From Eubacteriales bacterium (GTDB lineage Bacteria; Bacillota; Clostridia; Oscillospirales; CAG-272), in assembly GCA_045629745.1 (NCBI GenBank), contig JAZQRU010000045.1, positions 9,051 to 73,050 of the forward strand: DNA of 64,000 bases, written 5' to 3'. The stretch's first letter is position 1. The number at the start of each line of letters is the position of its first letter. The translations under genes and the position numbers were made by a program. Shown here one piece after another: positions 39,991 through 50,458 of the stretch. The notes beneath the pieces were generated by a model that saw only the letters and a program-made list of their open reading frames with translations, was not told the DNA's origin and made no database searches.

Positions 39991-41327
39991 AAACACCTAT
40001 CTTTGACTTTTTAAACGAATACAGAAAAAAATCACCCGAAAGATTCCATATGCCAGGTCATAAGGGCGCGGAAAATCTTTTGTGCGAGGAATACGACATA
40101 ACCGAAATTGACGGTGCTGACAGCCTTTTCAACGCTACGGGTGTCATTTTTGAGAGCGAAAAACTCGCCTCGGAGATATTCGGAGCGCACACACTTTATT
40201 CGACGGAGGGCTCTTCTCTTTCGATAAGAGCAATGCTTTATCTCGCGGCACTTCACGCGAAAGAAAGCGGCAAGCGGCCCTTGATACTCGCAGGGCGAAA
40301 CGCACATAAGAGCTTTATTTCTGCGGCGGCGCTTATAGATTTTGACGTGGAATGGATATATCCCGAGAAAGATGCGTCTTATCTTTCCGCAAAAATTGAT
40401 ACCGAGTGGCTCAAGGCTCGCTTCGCATCAAAAAATGCGGCACCTACGGCGCTTTATATAACCTCGCCCGATTATCTCGGAAACGTTGAGGATATACGGA
40501 GTCTTGCCGAAATCTGCCACGAAAACGGCGCGCTGCTTCTCGTTGATAACGCCCACGGTGCGTATCTTAAATTCTTAAATCCATCGCGCCATCCTATTGA
40601 CCTTGGCGCAGATATTTCCTGCGATTCGGCCCATAAAACTTTACACGCCCTCACAGGTAGCGCGTATTTGCACCTTTCAAGGCACTTGCCTGAGTACTTC
40701 TTTCAAAGGGCGAAGAGGGCAATGTCACTCTTTGCCACGACAAGCCCCTCGTATCTTATACTCGCATCTCTTGATAAGCTTAACGAAAGGCTTGAAGGCT
40801 ACGAAGCCTCGCTTTCCGAGTTTTTGCCAAAGCTTTCCGCTCTTCGCGCGCGCCTTTCGGCACTCGGCTTTGAATTTCTCGGAAACGAGCCACTTAAGCT
40901 ATGCTTCGCTGCAAAAAAATACGGCTACTTTGGCTTTGAGCTTGCGAGAGCCCTTATTGAGAAAAATATTTATCCCGAATTTTACGACAGTGATTTTCTC
41001 GTTTTGATGCTTACGCCCGATAACAGTGTAAGGGCGCTTGAATATCTTTTCTCGGTTCTTTCGAGAATAGAAAGAAAACCCGAAATTTCAGAAAATGCGC
41101 CCAAGTTTTTTTCACCCGTGTGCAAGATTTCGCCGCGTGAGGCGGTTTTTTCACCGTTTGAAATGCTAGAGGCAAAGGATACAGTCGGAAAAATACTCGC
41201 GCATCCCGGTGTTTCCTGTCCGCCCGCCGTGCCTATCTTGGTGCCGGGTGAGGTTATAGATAAAAACGCGCTCTCCGTCTTTGAATATTACGGAATTGAA
41301 AAGCTGCCCGTTGTAAAAGAGGTTTAA
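39987..41327 (+). CDS. PLP-dependent Arg/Lys/Orn decarboxylase family protein
   Basis: FHMPGHKG, RNAHKS, VDNAHGA, SAHKTL, TTSPSY and PPAVPILVPGE motifs. Confidence 0.88.
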   Translation: MKTPIFDFLNEYRKKSPERFHMPGHKGAENLLCEEYDITEIDGADSLFNATGVIFESEKLASEIFGAHTLYSTEGSSLSIRAMLYLAALHAKESGKRPLILAGRNAHKSFISAAALIDFDVEWIYPEKDASYLSAKIDTEWLKARFASKNAAPTALYITSPDYLGNVEDIRSLAEICHENGALLLVDNAHGAYLKFLNPSRHPIDLGADISCDSAHKTLHALTGSAYLHLSRHLPEYFFQRAKRAMSLFATTSPSYLILASLDKLNERLEGYEASLSEFLPKLSALRARLSALGFEFLGNEPLKLCFAAKKYGYFGFELARALIEKNIYPEFYDSDFLVLMLTPDNSVRALEYLFSVLSRIERKPEISENAPKFFSPVCKISPREAVFSPFEMLEAKDTVGKILAHPGVSCPPAVPILVPGEVIDKNALSVFEYYGIEKLPVVKEV

Positions 41328-41328
41328 T

Positions 41329-41541
41329 ATGAAAATAAAACTGGGAAAATACAGACACTTTAAGGGTAACGTTTACGAGCTTGTGGCAATAGCGAAGCAC
41401 TCAGAAACTCTTGAAGATATGGTCGTTTATCGCTCCCTTGAAGACGAAGCTCTCGTGTGGGTGCGCCCTCTTTCGATGTGGTGCGAAACTGTCGAAAAGG
41501 ACGGAAAAACTGTCCCCCGTTTCACGTTTATTGAAGACTAA
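41329..41541 (+). CDS. DUF1653 domain protein
   Basis: GKYRHFKGN.Y...AKHSET.E.MVVY...WVRP..MW...PRF. Confidence 0.9.
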   Translation: MKIKLGKYRHFKGNVYELVAIAKHSETLEDMVVYRSLEDEALVWVRPLSMWCETVEKDGKTVPRFTFIED

Positions 41542-41551
41542 AGGAGATTTT

Positions 41552-42499
41552 ATGAAGTATTATCTTGGCATTGACGTCGGAGGCACCTTCGTCAAAGGCG
41601 CTCTGGTTGCGGAAAACGGTGAAATTCTCAACAAGGGAAAAATACCTACGGATTCAAAAATCGGCGGAGAAAAAATTATCCGCGATATAGCCGCGTTTTG
41701 TGAAAGCCTTGCTGCATCATACGGAATAAGACTTTCCGACGTCTCGGGTATAGGTATGGGCATTCCGGGAATAGTTGACGGCGCGACGGGCGTTATTATC
41801 TACGTTCCAAACCTCAACTGGCGCAATTTTCCCGGAGCAAAGCTTCTTTCTGAGCTTACGGGGCTTCCCGTTAAGCTTTCCAACGATGCAAATGCCGCAG
41901 CTCTCGGCGAAACCAAATTCGGCGCAGGTAAGAAATATAAAAGCACCGTTATGCTCACGCTCGGAACGGGTGTTGGCGGCGGAGTTATAATAGACGGAAA
42001 GCTTTTTGAGGGCAATATGGGCGCAGGCACCGAGCTTGGACATATAGTAATTGCCAGAGGCGGAGAGAAGTGCAACTGCGGACGTCGCGGCTGTCTTGAA
42101 GCTTACGCATCCGCAACGGCTCTCATACGCGACACGCGCCGCGCAATGCAGAAAAATCCTAAGTCTAAGCTTTGGCAGATAGGCTCGCTTGAAGCGGTTG
42201 ACGGTAAGCTTGCGTTTGACTTATACGACGAGGATTCCGATGCGCGTGCGATAGTTGATAATTACGTTGAAAAGCTCGGCGCGGGTATCGTAAATTTCGC
42301 AAATATATTCCGCCCCGAAGCGATAATAATAGGCGGCGGAGTTTGCGCGCAGGGCGAAAGTTTAAGAGCGCCTCTTGAGAAAATACTTAAAGAAGAGCTT
42401 TACGCAGGCGACGTAGGCCCTGCTGTTGACCTCATTATAGCAGAGCTTAAAAATGATGCGGGCTCACTCGGAGCTGCCGCGCTCGTTATGGAGAGTTAA
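41552..42499 (+). CDS. ROK family glucokinase
   Basis: GIDVGGT, NDANAAALGE, TLGTGVGGG and ELGH...CNCGRRGCLEAYAS motifs; ATG at 41552 follows AAGGAG. Confidence 0.92.
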   Translation: MKYYLGIDVGGTFVKGALVAENGEILNKGKIPTDSKIGGEKIIRDIAAFCESLAASYGIRLSDVSGIGMGIPGIVDGATGVIIYVPNLNWRNFPGAKLLSELTGLPVKLSNDANAAALGETKFGAGKKYKSTVMLTLGTGVGGGVIIDGKLFEGNMGAGTELGHIVIARGGEKCNCGRRGCLEAYASATALIRDTRRAMQKNPKSKLWQIGSLEAVDGKLAFDLYDEDSDARAIVDNYVEKLGAGIVNFANIFRPEAIIIGGGVCAQGESLRAPLEKILKEELYAGDVGPAVDLIIAELKNDAGSLGAAALVMES

Positions 42500-42518
42500 A
42501 TTTAAAGGAGATATAAAA

Positions 42519-43139
42519 ATGGCAGAAAAGTTAGGCGAATTTTTAGTAGAAGTTTTTGGGAATCCTTATATAACGGTATTTTTTATCTCAATGATACCGC
42601 TTATTGAGCTTAAGGGCGCTATCCCTGTCGGAATGACACCCGCTTTTGGACTCGGACTTCTTGAAACGGCAGGTGTTGCTTACCTCGGCTCAACTCTTAT
42701 AAGCTTTCTTGTTTTCTTCCTTTTGAAGCCTATTTTCGCGCTTCTTAAGAAAATCAAAATCTTCAACCTTGTCGTAAGAAAATGCGAGGGGCTTTTTATT
42801 CATAAGGCAGAGGAAATAGCCGCGAAAACCAACGGAAGCGTTGAAAAAGAAGCTAAGCGTATAATGATTATAAGTCTTCTTATATTCGTTGCCGTGCCTT
42901 TCCCCGTAACGGGCGTATGGACAGGCACTGCGATAGCAGTATTCTTAGGGCTCAGATTCCGTGAAGCCGTTATGCCTTTGGCTCTCGGAAATCTTATCGC
43001 AGGCTCAATAATAACGCTTTTAACCTTCTTGTTTGAAGCTTACGTTGATATTATCATATACGCGCTCTTCGCGCTTGCAATTATAATGCTCATCGTAACC
43101 ATTATAAAGATAGCAAAAAGCAAGCCCAGCGAAAAATAA
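42519..43139 (+). CDS. COG2426 small multi-drug export family membrane protein
   Basis: SMIPLIELKGAIP and FVAVPFPVTGVWTG motifs. Confidence 0.88.
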   Translation: MAEKLGEFLVEVFGNPYITVFFISMIPLIELKGAIPVGMTPAFGLGLLETAGVAYLGSTLISFLVFFLLKPIFALLKKIKIFNLVVRKCEGLFIHKAEEIAAKTNGSVEKEAKRIMIISLLIFVAVPFPVTGVWTGTAIAVFLGLRFREAVMPLALGNLIAGSIITLLTFLFEAYVDIIIYALFALAIIMLIVTIIKIAKSKPSEK

Positions 43140-43244
43140 GAGCTTGAGGCGGTAAAAAACGCAGAAAAGAACACGACAACTGATAGTCGTGTTCTTTTTT
43201 ATAGCGTTTAATATTCGGAATAATTCTCAAGAATGAGCCGACCT

Positions 43245-43476
43245 TTAATACTGCGACTTTACCTTTGAAATACAGTCGTTGCATAGTCGAATTTTTTGCT
43301 TTTCTGCTTTTTTACCGCAAAGTGCACAACGGTTGCTTGCGGGGGGATATCAAAATCGTATCGTTTTCCAAAGATATAAAAACCCTTGAACTTGATGCAA
43401 TTCCGAGCCTTTTTCTAAAACTCATAGGTATCACTACTCGACCTGCGGCATCAATATCTTTTTCTATTTTGTTCAT
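43245..43476 (-). pseudogene. AbrB-family regulator with C-terminal CxxC/CxxC, frameshifted in a C6 run
   Basis: MNKIEKDIDAAGRVVIPMSFRKRLG...ILISP / ASNRCALCGKK...RLCNDCISKVKSQY*. The span is 232 nt; removing one G at 43341-43346 restores 76 aa. Confidence 0.75.
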
Positions 43477-43557
43477 TTTTACCTTTTGAAAATGTTTTTT
43501 TAAATAATAACATAAATTTCAGCGAAATCTTCGTCATTTTTTATTTCAAGGCGAATG

Positions 43558-44031
43558 TTAATATAAGTTTACAAGCGGCTTAACAAAGCCCGAGGGGTCC
43601 TGAGAGGTGACGTCGCAGGCGATAATTTTGTTTCTGTAAACGATAAGATTTATAAATACGGGGACCTCTTCTTCACCCCATTTTTCGACTTCATAGGTAT
43701 ACCGTGTGACTTTTTTATTCTTGTATTTCGTTATATCAAGGCCTTGCGACTTCTGAATTTCGTTGTATGCGAGCATTATTCTGTCGAAGTCCTCTGGCAC
43801 GGAAAAGCTGACTGTGGCGCTTGGCTCGCCCGTGACACCGTGGGTGAATTTGGAAATAAAATTTAATCTGTCCTCGTTGGTTTTTATTCCCGAAAAATTG
43901 ACTTCCGTCGAGGCGGTGTAAGCCGTGGCTTCGTTTCTTCCTAAAAATATTATTCCGAGAAGCGCCGCTACAGTAAGAGCTATGACCGCAACAAAGCGCA
44001 ATGTCGATGCGCGTACCGAATATATGAACAT
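43558..44031 (-). CDS. DUF4830 domain protein
   Basis: TNEDRLNF...VPEDFD....YNEIQKSQGLD...YK.KKVTRYTY...NKIIACDV. Confidence 0.8.
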   Translation of the reverse strand: MFIYSVRASTLRFVAVIALTVAALLGIIFLGRNEATAYTASTEVNFSGIKTNEDRLNFISKFTHGVTGEPSATVSFSVPEDFDRIMLAYNEIQKSQGLDITKYKNKKVTRYTYEVEKWGEEEVPVFINLIVYRNKIIACDVTSQDPSGFVKPLVNLY

Positions 44032-44186
44032 AAAAGTCCTCCGTATTCTTTTTGTAAATCATACGCGGTACAGAGCCTTAATATTACAAAAGACCTCAAA
44101 AAAACAAATGAAAAAAGCGAAATAGGTACTGAAAAACGTGCCTATTTCGCTTTTTCCTCAGGCTATCTCAAAAAGAGATTATAGCC

Positions 44187-44285
44187 TTAGTTGTTGCAGT
44201 AGCAACAGAACACAATAACTATTGCAAGGATTATAATCCAAGTGCAGTTATCGTCGAAAAGATGGCATAAGCAATTGTTATTCAT
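44187..44285 (-). CDS. Small Cys-rich hydrophobic peptide (32 aa), probably sporulation-associated
   Basis: MNNNCLCHLFDDNCTWIIILAIVIVFCCYCNN with a GGAGG RBS, a CATATGAT element upstream and a hairpin downstream. Confidence 0.65.
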   Translation of the reverse strand: MNNNCLCHLFDDNCTWIIILAIVIVFCCYCNN

Positions 44286-44358
44286 ATATGTTGCCTCCGG
44301 GAGTATTTGCGATTTTTTCGTCGCTAATACCATCATATGAAGAACGCAAAAATTGGTT

Positions 44359-46464
44359 CTAAAATTTAAAAATTGCTTTTCCGTCTTGAAGTGCAAGCTT
44401 CGCCTCAAAGGCTTTTCCGTTCTTGGAAATGAAACCTCGCATTTTTGCGGTTTCACCTGTAGCGAGAAGCCTTGCGACCTCGTTTATCGGTATCGTATTT
44501 TTGCAAATGGTGAGTCCTAAACGGAATTCGCATCCGTCTTTGTAGCCGATACAGCCGTAGCTCTTGTTTCCTCTTATAACGTTCTTTCCGCAAAGCGGGC
44601 ATTTTCCCGCAATTTCACCAAGCTTTCCGGTGTTTACGGGAGAGGGGAGAGTTGCGCTTCCGCCCGATTTGAAAATATCGGCTATTTCTTGCTCTGCTAT
44701 CTTTACGCTGTCGTCAACGCTTATCTCGCCGCGGAAAACCTTTTTAAGAGCCTTGCCCATCTCACTCGTCTTGTATTTGTCCATATTTATTGAAAGCTTT
44801 TCGAGCGATTCTATAAGGCGCTCGCCTGCCTCAAGTATCAGGTAAACGTCTTTTTTTATGTCGATATATCCGCTTTTCTTCGCATTGTTTATAATTTCAG
44901 AGCGAGTTGCCTCAGTTCCGAGCTCAAGGCCCTCGAAAATCGCCTTATAATCGTCTGCGTCGTCGATTTCGCCGTTTTCTTCAAGCTCCTTTGCGCGAGC
45001 CTTGTCGTCTTTAAAGGGATTTTTTAAGTATTTGTTGAGGGTTTCAATAGTGTAGTGGCGCGGCGGTGAGGTTTCCTTTTCGCGCGGCTTGAAATCAATA
45101 TTGACACTGTCGCCTACGGAAAGGTCGGGCAGAATTCTGTCCTTTCCGCTATAGTCGTCGAATTTTGTCCAGCCCTTTTCTACGATAGCCGTGCCCTTAA
45201 GCACGAACTCCTCGTATTCGCCCACCTTGATTTTAAGCTCGCTCTTGTCCGCGATACAGTCCTCTGCGCAGAAAACCGCTACGAAGCGGCGCATGACCGC
45301 CCCATAAACCTGCTTTTGCTTCTCGGAAAGCTTTGTCACGTCGGGAATTTTATAGGTAGGCGTCAAGGCGGAGTGAGATTCTATCTTGGAGTCGTCAAAA
45401 ATATATTTGGAATCCTTGAATTTTACGGGATATCCAAGCTTTGCGACGTTTGCGAGCACAGCCTTGATTTTATCCTTTTCCGCTGTCGCAAGATATTCGG
45501 AGTTCGTTCTCGGATAGGTAAGATAGCCCGCTTCGTAAAGCTCTTGTATAATTTTAAGGCTATCGCTCATACTCATTTTGTATTTTTTACCGAGCACGCT
45601 TTGAAGAGTTGAAAGGGAGTAGAGCTTGCCGGGGAGTATTTTGTCGCGCTTTTTATCAGCACTCGTTATAACGGCGCCTGCCTCGTTATAAAGTCTTGCC
45701 GCATCCTCCGCCTCGGAAAGCTTTTCCTTCGGAAATTTCTTCTTTCCGACAAGCTCTATCACCTCACCGTTTGTTTCGGCATTCGACTGGAGCGCATAGT
45801 AATGGTCGGGCTTGAAATTCCTTATCTCCATATCTCTGTCGTAAATCGCGCGGACGATAGGCACGATAACTCTTCCAACGCGCAAAAGCGTTCCAGTTCT
45901 TATGGTTGCGTAGCGCGTGAGATTAACTCCGTAAAGCCAGTCTATATAAGTTCTTGCAAGTCCCTCTGCGGCAAGGTTGTCGTAATCGCTCTCGTCCTTC
46001 ATATTAAGGAGCGCGTCACGCACGGTTTTCGGTGTCTGGTCGGGAAGCCAAAGCCTTTTTGCCGATTTTTTTGTTTTAAGCGCGTTTTCAACGCATATTC
46101 TTACGATAATTTCACCCTCACGGTCTGCGTCGCCCGCGTTTATTATGGTGTCAACGTCGGCTCTGTTGCAGAGTGCTTCTATTATCGAAAACTGTCTTTT
46201 AACACCCGAGTCAACCTTTTTGTCCTCGCCCTTTTTAAGCTCAAACTTGAATTTTTCGGGAAAGCAGGGAAGATTGTTAAGCGTCCAGCCAACTCTTTCA
46301 CCGCCCGTGTATTCTTCAACGTCAACGAGAGAAAAAAGGTGTCCGAAAACCCAGCTTACTATATACTCTTCGTTGATATAATAGCCGTTTTTCTTTTCCA
46401 TTTTTCCAATGCCGTCAACGATATTACGGGCCAAGGTCGGCTTTTCGGCAATAATAAGCTTCAT
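44359..46464 (-). CDS. topB: Type IA DNA topoisomerase (Topo III-like)
   Basis: IAEKP, GHL, DADREGE, GRV, TYPRT, H.ALTPT and LGTEATR motifs; C-terminal Zn ribbon and FISKNGKAFEA repeat. Confidence 0.88.
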   Translation of the reverse strand: MKLIIAEKPTLARNIVDGIGKMEKKNGYYINEEYIVSWVFGHLFSLVDVEEYTGGERVGWTLNNLPCFPEKFKFELKKGEDKKVDSGVKRQFSIIEALCNRADVDTIINAGDADREGEIIVRICVENALKTKKSAKRLWLPDQTPKTVRDALLNMKDESDYDNLAAEGLARTYIDWLYGVNLTRYATIRTGTLLRVGRVIVPIVRAIYDRDMEIRNFKPDHYYALQSNAETNGEVIELVGKKKFPKEKLSEAEDAARLYNEAGAVITSADKKRDKILPGKLYSLSTLQSVLGKKYKMSMSDSLKIIQELYEAGYLTYPRTNSEYLATAEKDKIKAVLANVAKLGYPVKFKDSKYIFDDSKIESHSALTPTYKIPDVTKLSEKQKQVYGAVMRRFVAVFCAEDCIADKSELKIKVGEYEEFVLKGTAIVEKGWTKFDDYSGKDRILPDLSVGDSVNIDFKPREKETSPPRHYTIETLNKYLKNPFKDDKARAKELEENGEIDDADDYKAIFEGLELGTEATRSEIINNAKKSGYIDIKKDVYLILEAGERLIESLEKLSINMDKYKTSEMGKALKKVFRGEISVDDSVKIAEQEIADIFKSGGSATLPSPVNTGKLGEIAGKCPLCGKNVIRGNKSYGCIGYKDGCEFRLGLTICKNTIPINEVARLLATGETAKMRGFISKNGKAFEAKLALQDGKAIFKF

Positions 46465-46478
46465 ATTTTCTCCTTGCG

Positions 46479-47402
46479 TCAGATTTTTTCTGTATACTTA
46501 ATAACTTCTTCGGATAAAAACAGAATATTTTCGTTTTTTACCTTAGTGTCCTTATTAGTATGTATTCTCGCAGTGTAGAGAATACCGTTTTTCGTTTTTG
46601 AGCAAGCCATACACAGAACCCCGAGAGGAAAGCTCTTGTGGTCCGAGTTTCCCGCGCTGTTGCTCGTTTTGTGATATGAAACGGAATAGCTTTCATTACT
46701 CTTGAAGCTTTCCTTAAAGGTCTTGTATTCGGCACACTCTCTTGCCGCCTTTTGTGATACGAAAAGAATATTGTCGCCGTTTCCTACACAGTCAAAGTTT
46801 ATAACGAGCTTGTTTTTCATAAAGTCCTTGTGGTCTTTATAATAAGCCTTTGAGCCGAGCTTGCCCTTTTCCTCGTTGTCGAAGAAAATGAATGCAAAAT
46901 CAGCGAGCCTCTCTGGCGGCAGGCTGTCAATTATTTCGAGGAGCGTCGCAACGCCCGAGGTGTTGTCGTTATAATTGTTTTTGTTAGTAAATGCAAAATA
47001 CAGAGTGTAGAAAAGTCCGAAATAGAGGACTAAGAAAATCACGGGGTAGAGAAGTTCTATTCCCGTAGCCTCGCTGATAAGGAGCGCAGGCAAAAGAGAT
47101 ACTGTGAGAATTGCTATAATGGGAAGAAAGTGGAAAAGATATAAGAGAACAATGTTTTTCGGAAGCATAAGATTTGGAACGATGCTCGTCGCGGGAGTGT
47201 CATAGTGTGCGGTGAAAACCACCTTTGCGCTCTCAGGTGTGCAGACTACTACGTTTTCATTCTTTTTATTTTTCGTAACCTCGACCGTGGCTTTTATGCC
47301 CTTTTCGTAAAGCGAGGAAATTATATATTCACGAAAAGCCTTCTTTTGTGAGGTGTTTTTTCTTATGGGATAATTTTTGTTGAGATAATCAAGATGGCTC
47401 AT
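46479..47402 (-). CDS. M28 family peptidase with two internal TM helices
   Basis: TAHYDT, NDNTSGV, DNEEKGKLGS, NFDCVG, SDH and IHTNKD motifs. Confidence 0.85.
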   Translation of the reverse strand: MSHLDYLNKNYPIRKNTSQKKAFREYIISSLYEKGIKATVEVTKNKKNENVVVCTPESAKVVFTAHYDTPATSIVPNLMLPKNIVLLYLFHFLPIIAILTVSLLPALLISEATGIELLYPVIFLVLYFGLFYTLYFAFTNKNNYNDNTSGVATLLEIIDSLPPERLADFAFIFFDNEEKGKLGSKAYYKDHKDFMKNKLVINFDCVGNGDNILFVSQKAARECAEYKTFKESFKSNESYSVSYHKTSNSAGNSDHKSFPLGVLCMACSKTKNGILYTARIHTNKDTKVKNENILFLSEEVIKYTEKI

Positions 47403-47637
47403 TCGTTTTCTTCTCTTTCTTCTTTTTCTTTATAAGATATACGAGCGCGCCGACGGCAAGCGCTGCGGCGAGGAAAATTCCAACGCCGACAAGCGCTAAG
47501 GTTTCAAAATCAAGCTCCCACGGGTTCTTTCCGAAAAGCAGAAAAAGTCCTGCTCCTATGATAAGACAAACGGCAGAAATAATCAATTCAAGGCACGCGT
47601 CTACAAGTCTTTCTTTAAAGCTCGTTTTTTGCTTCAT
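47389..47637 (-). CDS. Small membrane protein (2 TM)
   Basis: Two hydrophobic helices and a basic tail; overlaps the peptidase start. Confidence 0.6.
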   Translation of the reverse strand: MKQKTSFKERLVDACLELIISAVCLIIGAGLFLLFGKNPWELDFETLALVGVGIFLAAALAVGALVYLIKKKKKEKKTNEPS

Positions 47638-47725
47638 AAACTGTTATGAACTCCAAAAAATATAAAAATTCAAAGATTTTTCTATCAAGGAACGGCTTTT
47701 ATCCGAAGTTTTCGTAAGCTTCGTT

Positions 47726-49051
47726 TTAAATTATTTCAGCACCGCTCTCGCGGTATATAATTCTGTCGCCCGATGTGTTTTTAGAATCCTGATAAGCAAG
47801 GAATTCTTCTTTTGATTTAAACTCGGGCTTGTAATTTGCGATAATTTCCCGCGCTCGCTTCGCTCCGTTTTCAAGAAGCTTTTTGAGTATCGCCACCTGC
47901 CATATAGCACTCTTGACGCAAGCTCTTTCTGCGTCGGCTATATAGTAGTCTTTTCCGTGTCCCGTGCCGACAGCACCGCCGGCATAAGGGTGAATTACGG
48001 GCATAATTGCCGAGAGGTCGCCCATATCCGTGCTTCCCGTGGAGAATTCTTCCAGTTCATAAAGCTTTTCCTCAGGGAGAGCTTCGGTAAGAGCCTCTTT
48101 CGCAAGAGCGAGAAGAGTTGGCTCGTTGACTATAGGAGAATAACCCGGGGCGTCAATAATTTCAATATTCGCTCCAAGTGAGTATGCTGCGCCGATAAGC
48201 GCGCGGTTCACTTTTGCATTTGCTTCGTCAATTGACATGTTCGTTTTGCCTCTTACGTAGCTTTCAAGCTTTACCTCTTCGGGAATTGCGTTAACCATAG
48301 AGCCGCCGCTTGTAATTATAGGGTGAACTCTTATAAGGTCGCCCTCTTTAAAGGTTTCGCGAAGAGCATTAACCGCGTTAAGACCGCAGTTCGCGGCATA
48401 AAGAGCATTTTTTCCGTCCCAGGGAGCGCCGCCTGCATGCGCTGCCTTTCCTTTGTATATGACGTTCTTGGCAATGCATCCGACAGCCCCGGGTATTGTT
48501 GCAAAGTGATATGACGTGTGTACCATAAATGCCATATCAACGCCGTCAAAGTATCCGCGCGAGAGAAATTCGCTTTTGCCTCCGAAGTATTTGATTTTAC
48601 CCTCGCGGTGAAGCTCGCTTCTGTATTCAATTTCAAGAAGCTCCTCGGCAGGAACGGCACAGAGCCTTATTCTGCCCGAAAGCCCCTCAAGTATTTTTTC
48701 ATTTTTCAGCGCCGCGGCAATGCCGAGAAGCGACGCGCATTGCGCGTTATGTCCGCAGGAGTGAACCGCGCCCGTCGTTTTGTCTGACTCCGGGTGCGCC
48801 GGGCATATTATTGAATCAAGCTCTCCAAGCACCAAAATTTCGGGACCCACGCGGCCGGTGTCAACTACGGTATAAAAGCCGGTAATACCGTCGGCAAGCT
48901 TTATATCATAGCCAAGCTCGCGGAATTTTTCCGCCATATAGCTTGAGGTTTTAAACTCCTTATATCCCGTTTCGGGGTGCTCCCAGATATAGCGTTCCGC
49001 CTCTAAAATAAGGTTTCTTTTGCTTTCAACTGCTTCTCTTATAAATTTCAT
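47726..49051 (-). CDS. M20D family amidohydrolase
   Basis: HPETGYKE, GELD, HSCGHN, PAEE, GKAAHAG and GSTDMGD motifs. Confidence 0.9.
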   Translation of the reverse strand: MKFIREAVESKRNLILEAERYIWEHPETGYKEFKTSSYMAEKFRELGYDIKLADGITGFYTVVDTGRVGPEILVLGELDSIICPAHPESDKTTGAVHSCGHNAQCASLLGIAAALKNEKILEGLSGRIRLCAVPAEELLEIEYRSELHREGKIKYFGGKSEFLSRGYFDGVDMAFMVHTSYHFATIPGAVGCIAKNVIYKGKAAHAGGAPWDGKNALYAANCGLNAVNALRETFKEGDLIRVHPIITSGGSMVNAIPEEVKLESYVRGKTNMSIDEANAKVNRALIGAAYSLGANIEIIDAPGYSPIVNEPTLLALAKEALTEALPEEKLYELEEFSTGSTDMGDLSAIMPVIHPYAGGAVGTGHGKDYYIADAERACVKSAIWQVAILKKLLENGAKRAREIIANYKPEFKSKEEFLAYQDSKNTSGDRIIYRESGAEII

Positions 49052-49114
49052 ATTTACATCCTTTTTTAACACGGTTTGTGTCTATTATGTAATTCTGTAA
49101 ATAATTATTGTTAT

Positions 49115-49354
49115 TTATTCGTTTTCTTTTTTAAAAACGAGAGCTGAAATTAAGCTTATTGCGCTTGCGAATATGAAAAGTATTCCGAGCACACCTGCAA
49201 GAAGTGTTACTAGCGGCTTTCCCGCTTCCTCGTGCCAAACGAGAGATATGCCCTCGTCCGTAACGAAATGAAAGAAGAAAAACGTGAGCGCCAAAAGAAG
49301 AACACCGATAATAACAGTTATAAGTGAAAATTTGAGTAATTCTTTCCGTGTCAT
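49115..49354 (-). CDS. Small membrane protein (2 TM)
   Basis: Two hydrophobic helices, AAGGA RBS. Confidence 0.6.
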   Translation of the reverse strand: MTRKELLKFSLITVIIGVLLLALTFFFFHFVTDEGISLVWHEEAGKPLVTLLAGVLGILFIFASAISLISALVFKKENE

Positions 49355-49576
49355 ATTAAGTCCTTTAGTAGTTGTATCCTTAGGTATGTTCGGTTTTTAA
49401 ACCTTTCGCTTGAAGTTTCCGAAAACCTCGTTAAGCTTTTTGCAGTTTTTTTTCATAAAGACCTCAAAATAATTATAAAGTTTAGTTTACTGCAAAACTT
49501 ACTGTTTCAATTGCGATTTTCCGCCCGTTTTTGACACGGGTTCGTCAAAACCGTAATCTCAAGCACGTTGAGATAA

Positions 49577-49912
49577 TCAGCAGTCAATAACGAAGCTTAA
49601 AAGCTCACCGTCGGCAAGGGTAAGAAGTCCTGATTCGCCCTCTTTGAAGTCCTCAAAAATTTCTGCGTTTACGGAAATTTTAATTTCTTCGCCTGCCTCG
49701 TTTTCAAAAACGACGAAGTATTTTTTGCCACCTTCCGCGTCTTCGGTTAAAAGCTCCTTAACCTGCGCCTTGAATTCCGAAACCTCGGCAAGCCCTGCCG
49801 AGAGCATTTTATTTATGCGTTTTCCACTTTTTATGCTGAATATTACTGCGGCAATTGAAGCTATAAGCAAAACGATACCGCCGATCAACATAATCCATTC
49901 TTCTGTTGTCAT
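49577..49912 (-). CDS. DUF2500-like membrane-anchored protein
   Basis: N-terminal TM, then YFVVFENEAG...V..EIF....EGESGLLT...F. Confidence 0.6.
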   Translation of the reverse strand: MTTEEWIMLIGGIVLLIASIAAVIFSIKSGKRINKMLSAGLAEVSEFKAQVKELLTEDAEGGKKYFVVFENEAGEEIKISVNAEIFEDFKEGESGLLTLADGELLSFVIDC

Positions 49913-50047
49913 AGTTTTTCTCCTTGTTTTGTTTAAATGTTGTTTTCTAAGCTTTTTGTGTTCATTTTTTGAGAGTGTTATTCAGGTGCTTTATTTCGTC
50001 AGACAAACGACACTTTCGACGTGGGTCAAGAGAGCAAAAGGTATATT

Positions 50048-50458
50048 TTACTTCAAAATGCCAAATTGTATCAAAGCAAAAATGGTTATAAACGCTAATC
50101 CAAGAATGATAAAAATTATGCCGACGCCAATATATTCTCGCTTTTCTGATTTTGTCCAATCTCTTCTTGGATTGATATTTTGAAAAGGGATATGACTTGT
50201 AAGCTGTAATGAAACGAGGACATGCTTAAACTCAAGAACCGTGCCGATTATATCGTAAACACCTACGCAAAACATTGTTATGCCTGCAGATAGAAATGTG
50301 ACGAATCCTTGGATTTCGGGTTCAGTATTTACCAAATTTCAAATTCCAAAAACAATAGCAGGTATCAGCAACATAATCACAATACTGCCCCAACGCCATA
50401 AATATCCAAAAGTAATAGCTCGTCGTTCTTTTTTTGAATAAGAAGTTCCTTTTTTCAT
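50048..50458 (-). pseudogene. Membrane protein interrupted by an in-frame TGA
   Basis: ATG at 50458 with an AAAGGAG RBS: MKKGTSYSKKERRAITFGYLWRWG...VFGI*NLVNTEPEIQGF...; the stop is at 50339-50341. Confidence 0.65.

Noticed and set aside
50339-50341. In-frame TGA as selenocysteine or genetic-code reassignment
   Set aside because: TGA is used as a normal stop elsewhere (e.g. rnc, greA), and the context is a membrane protein in a decaying islet. A TGG>TGA nonsense change is simpler.
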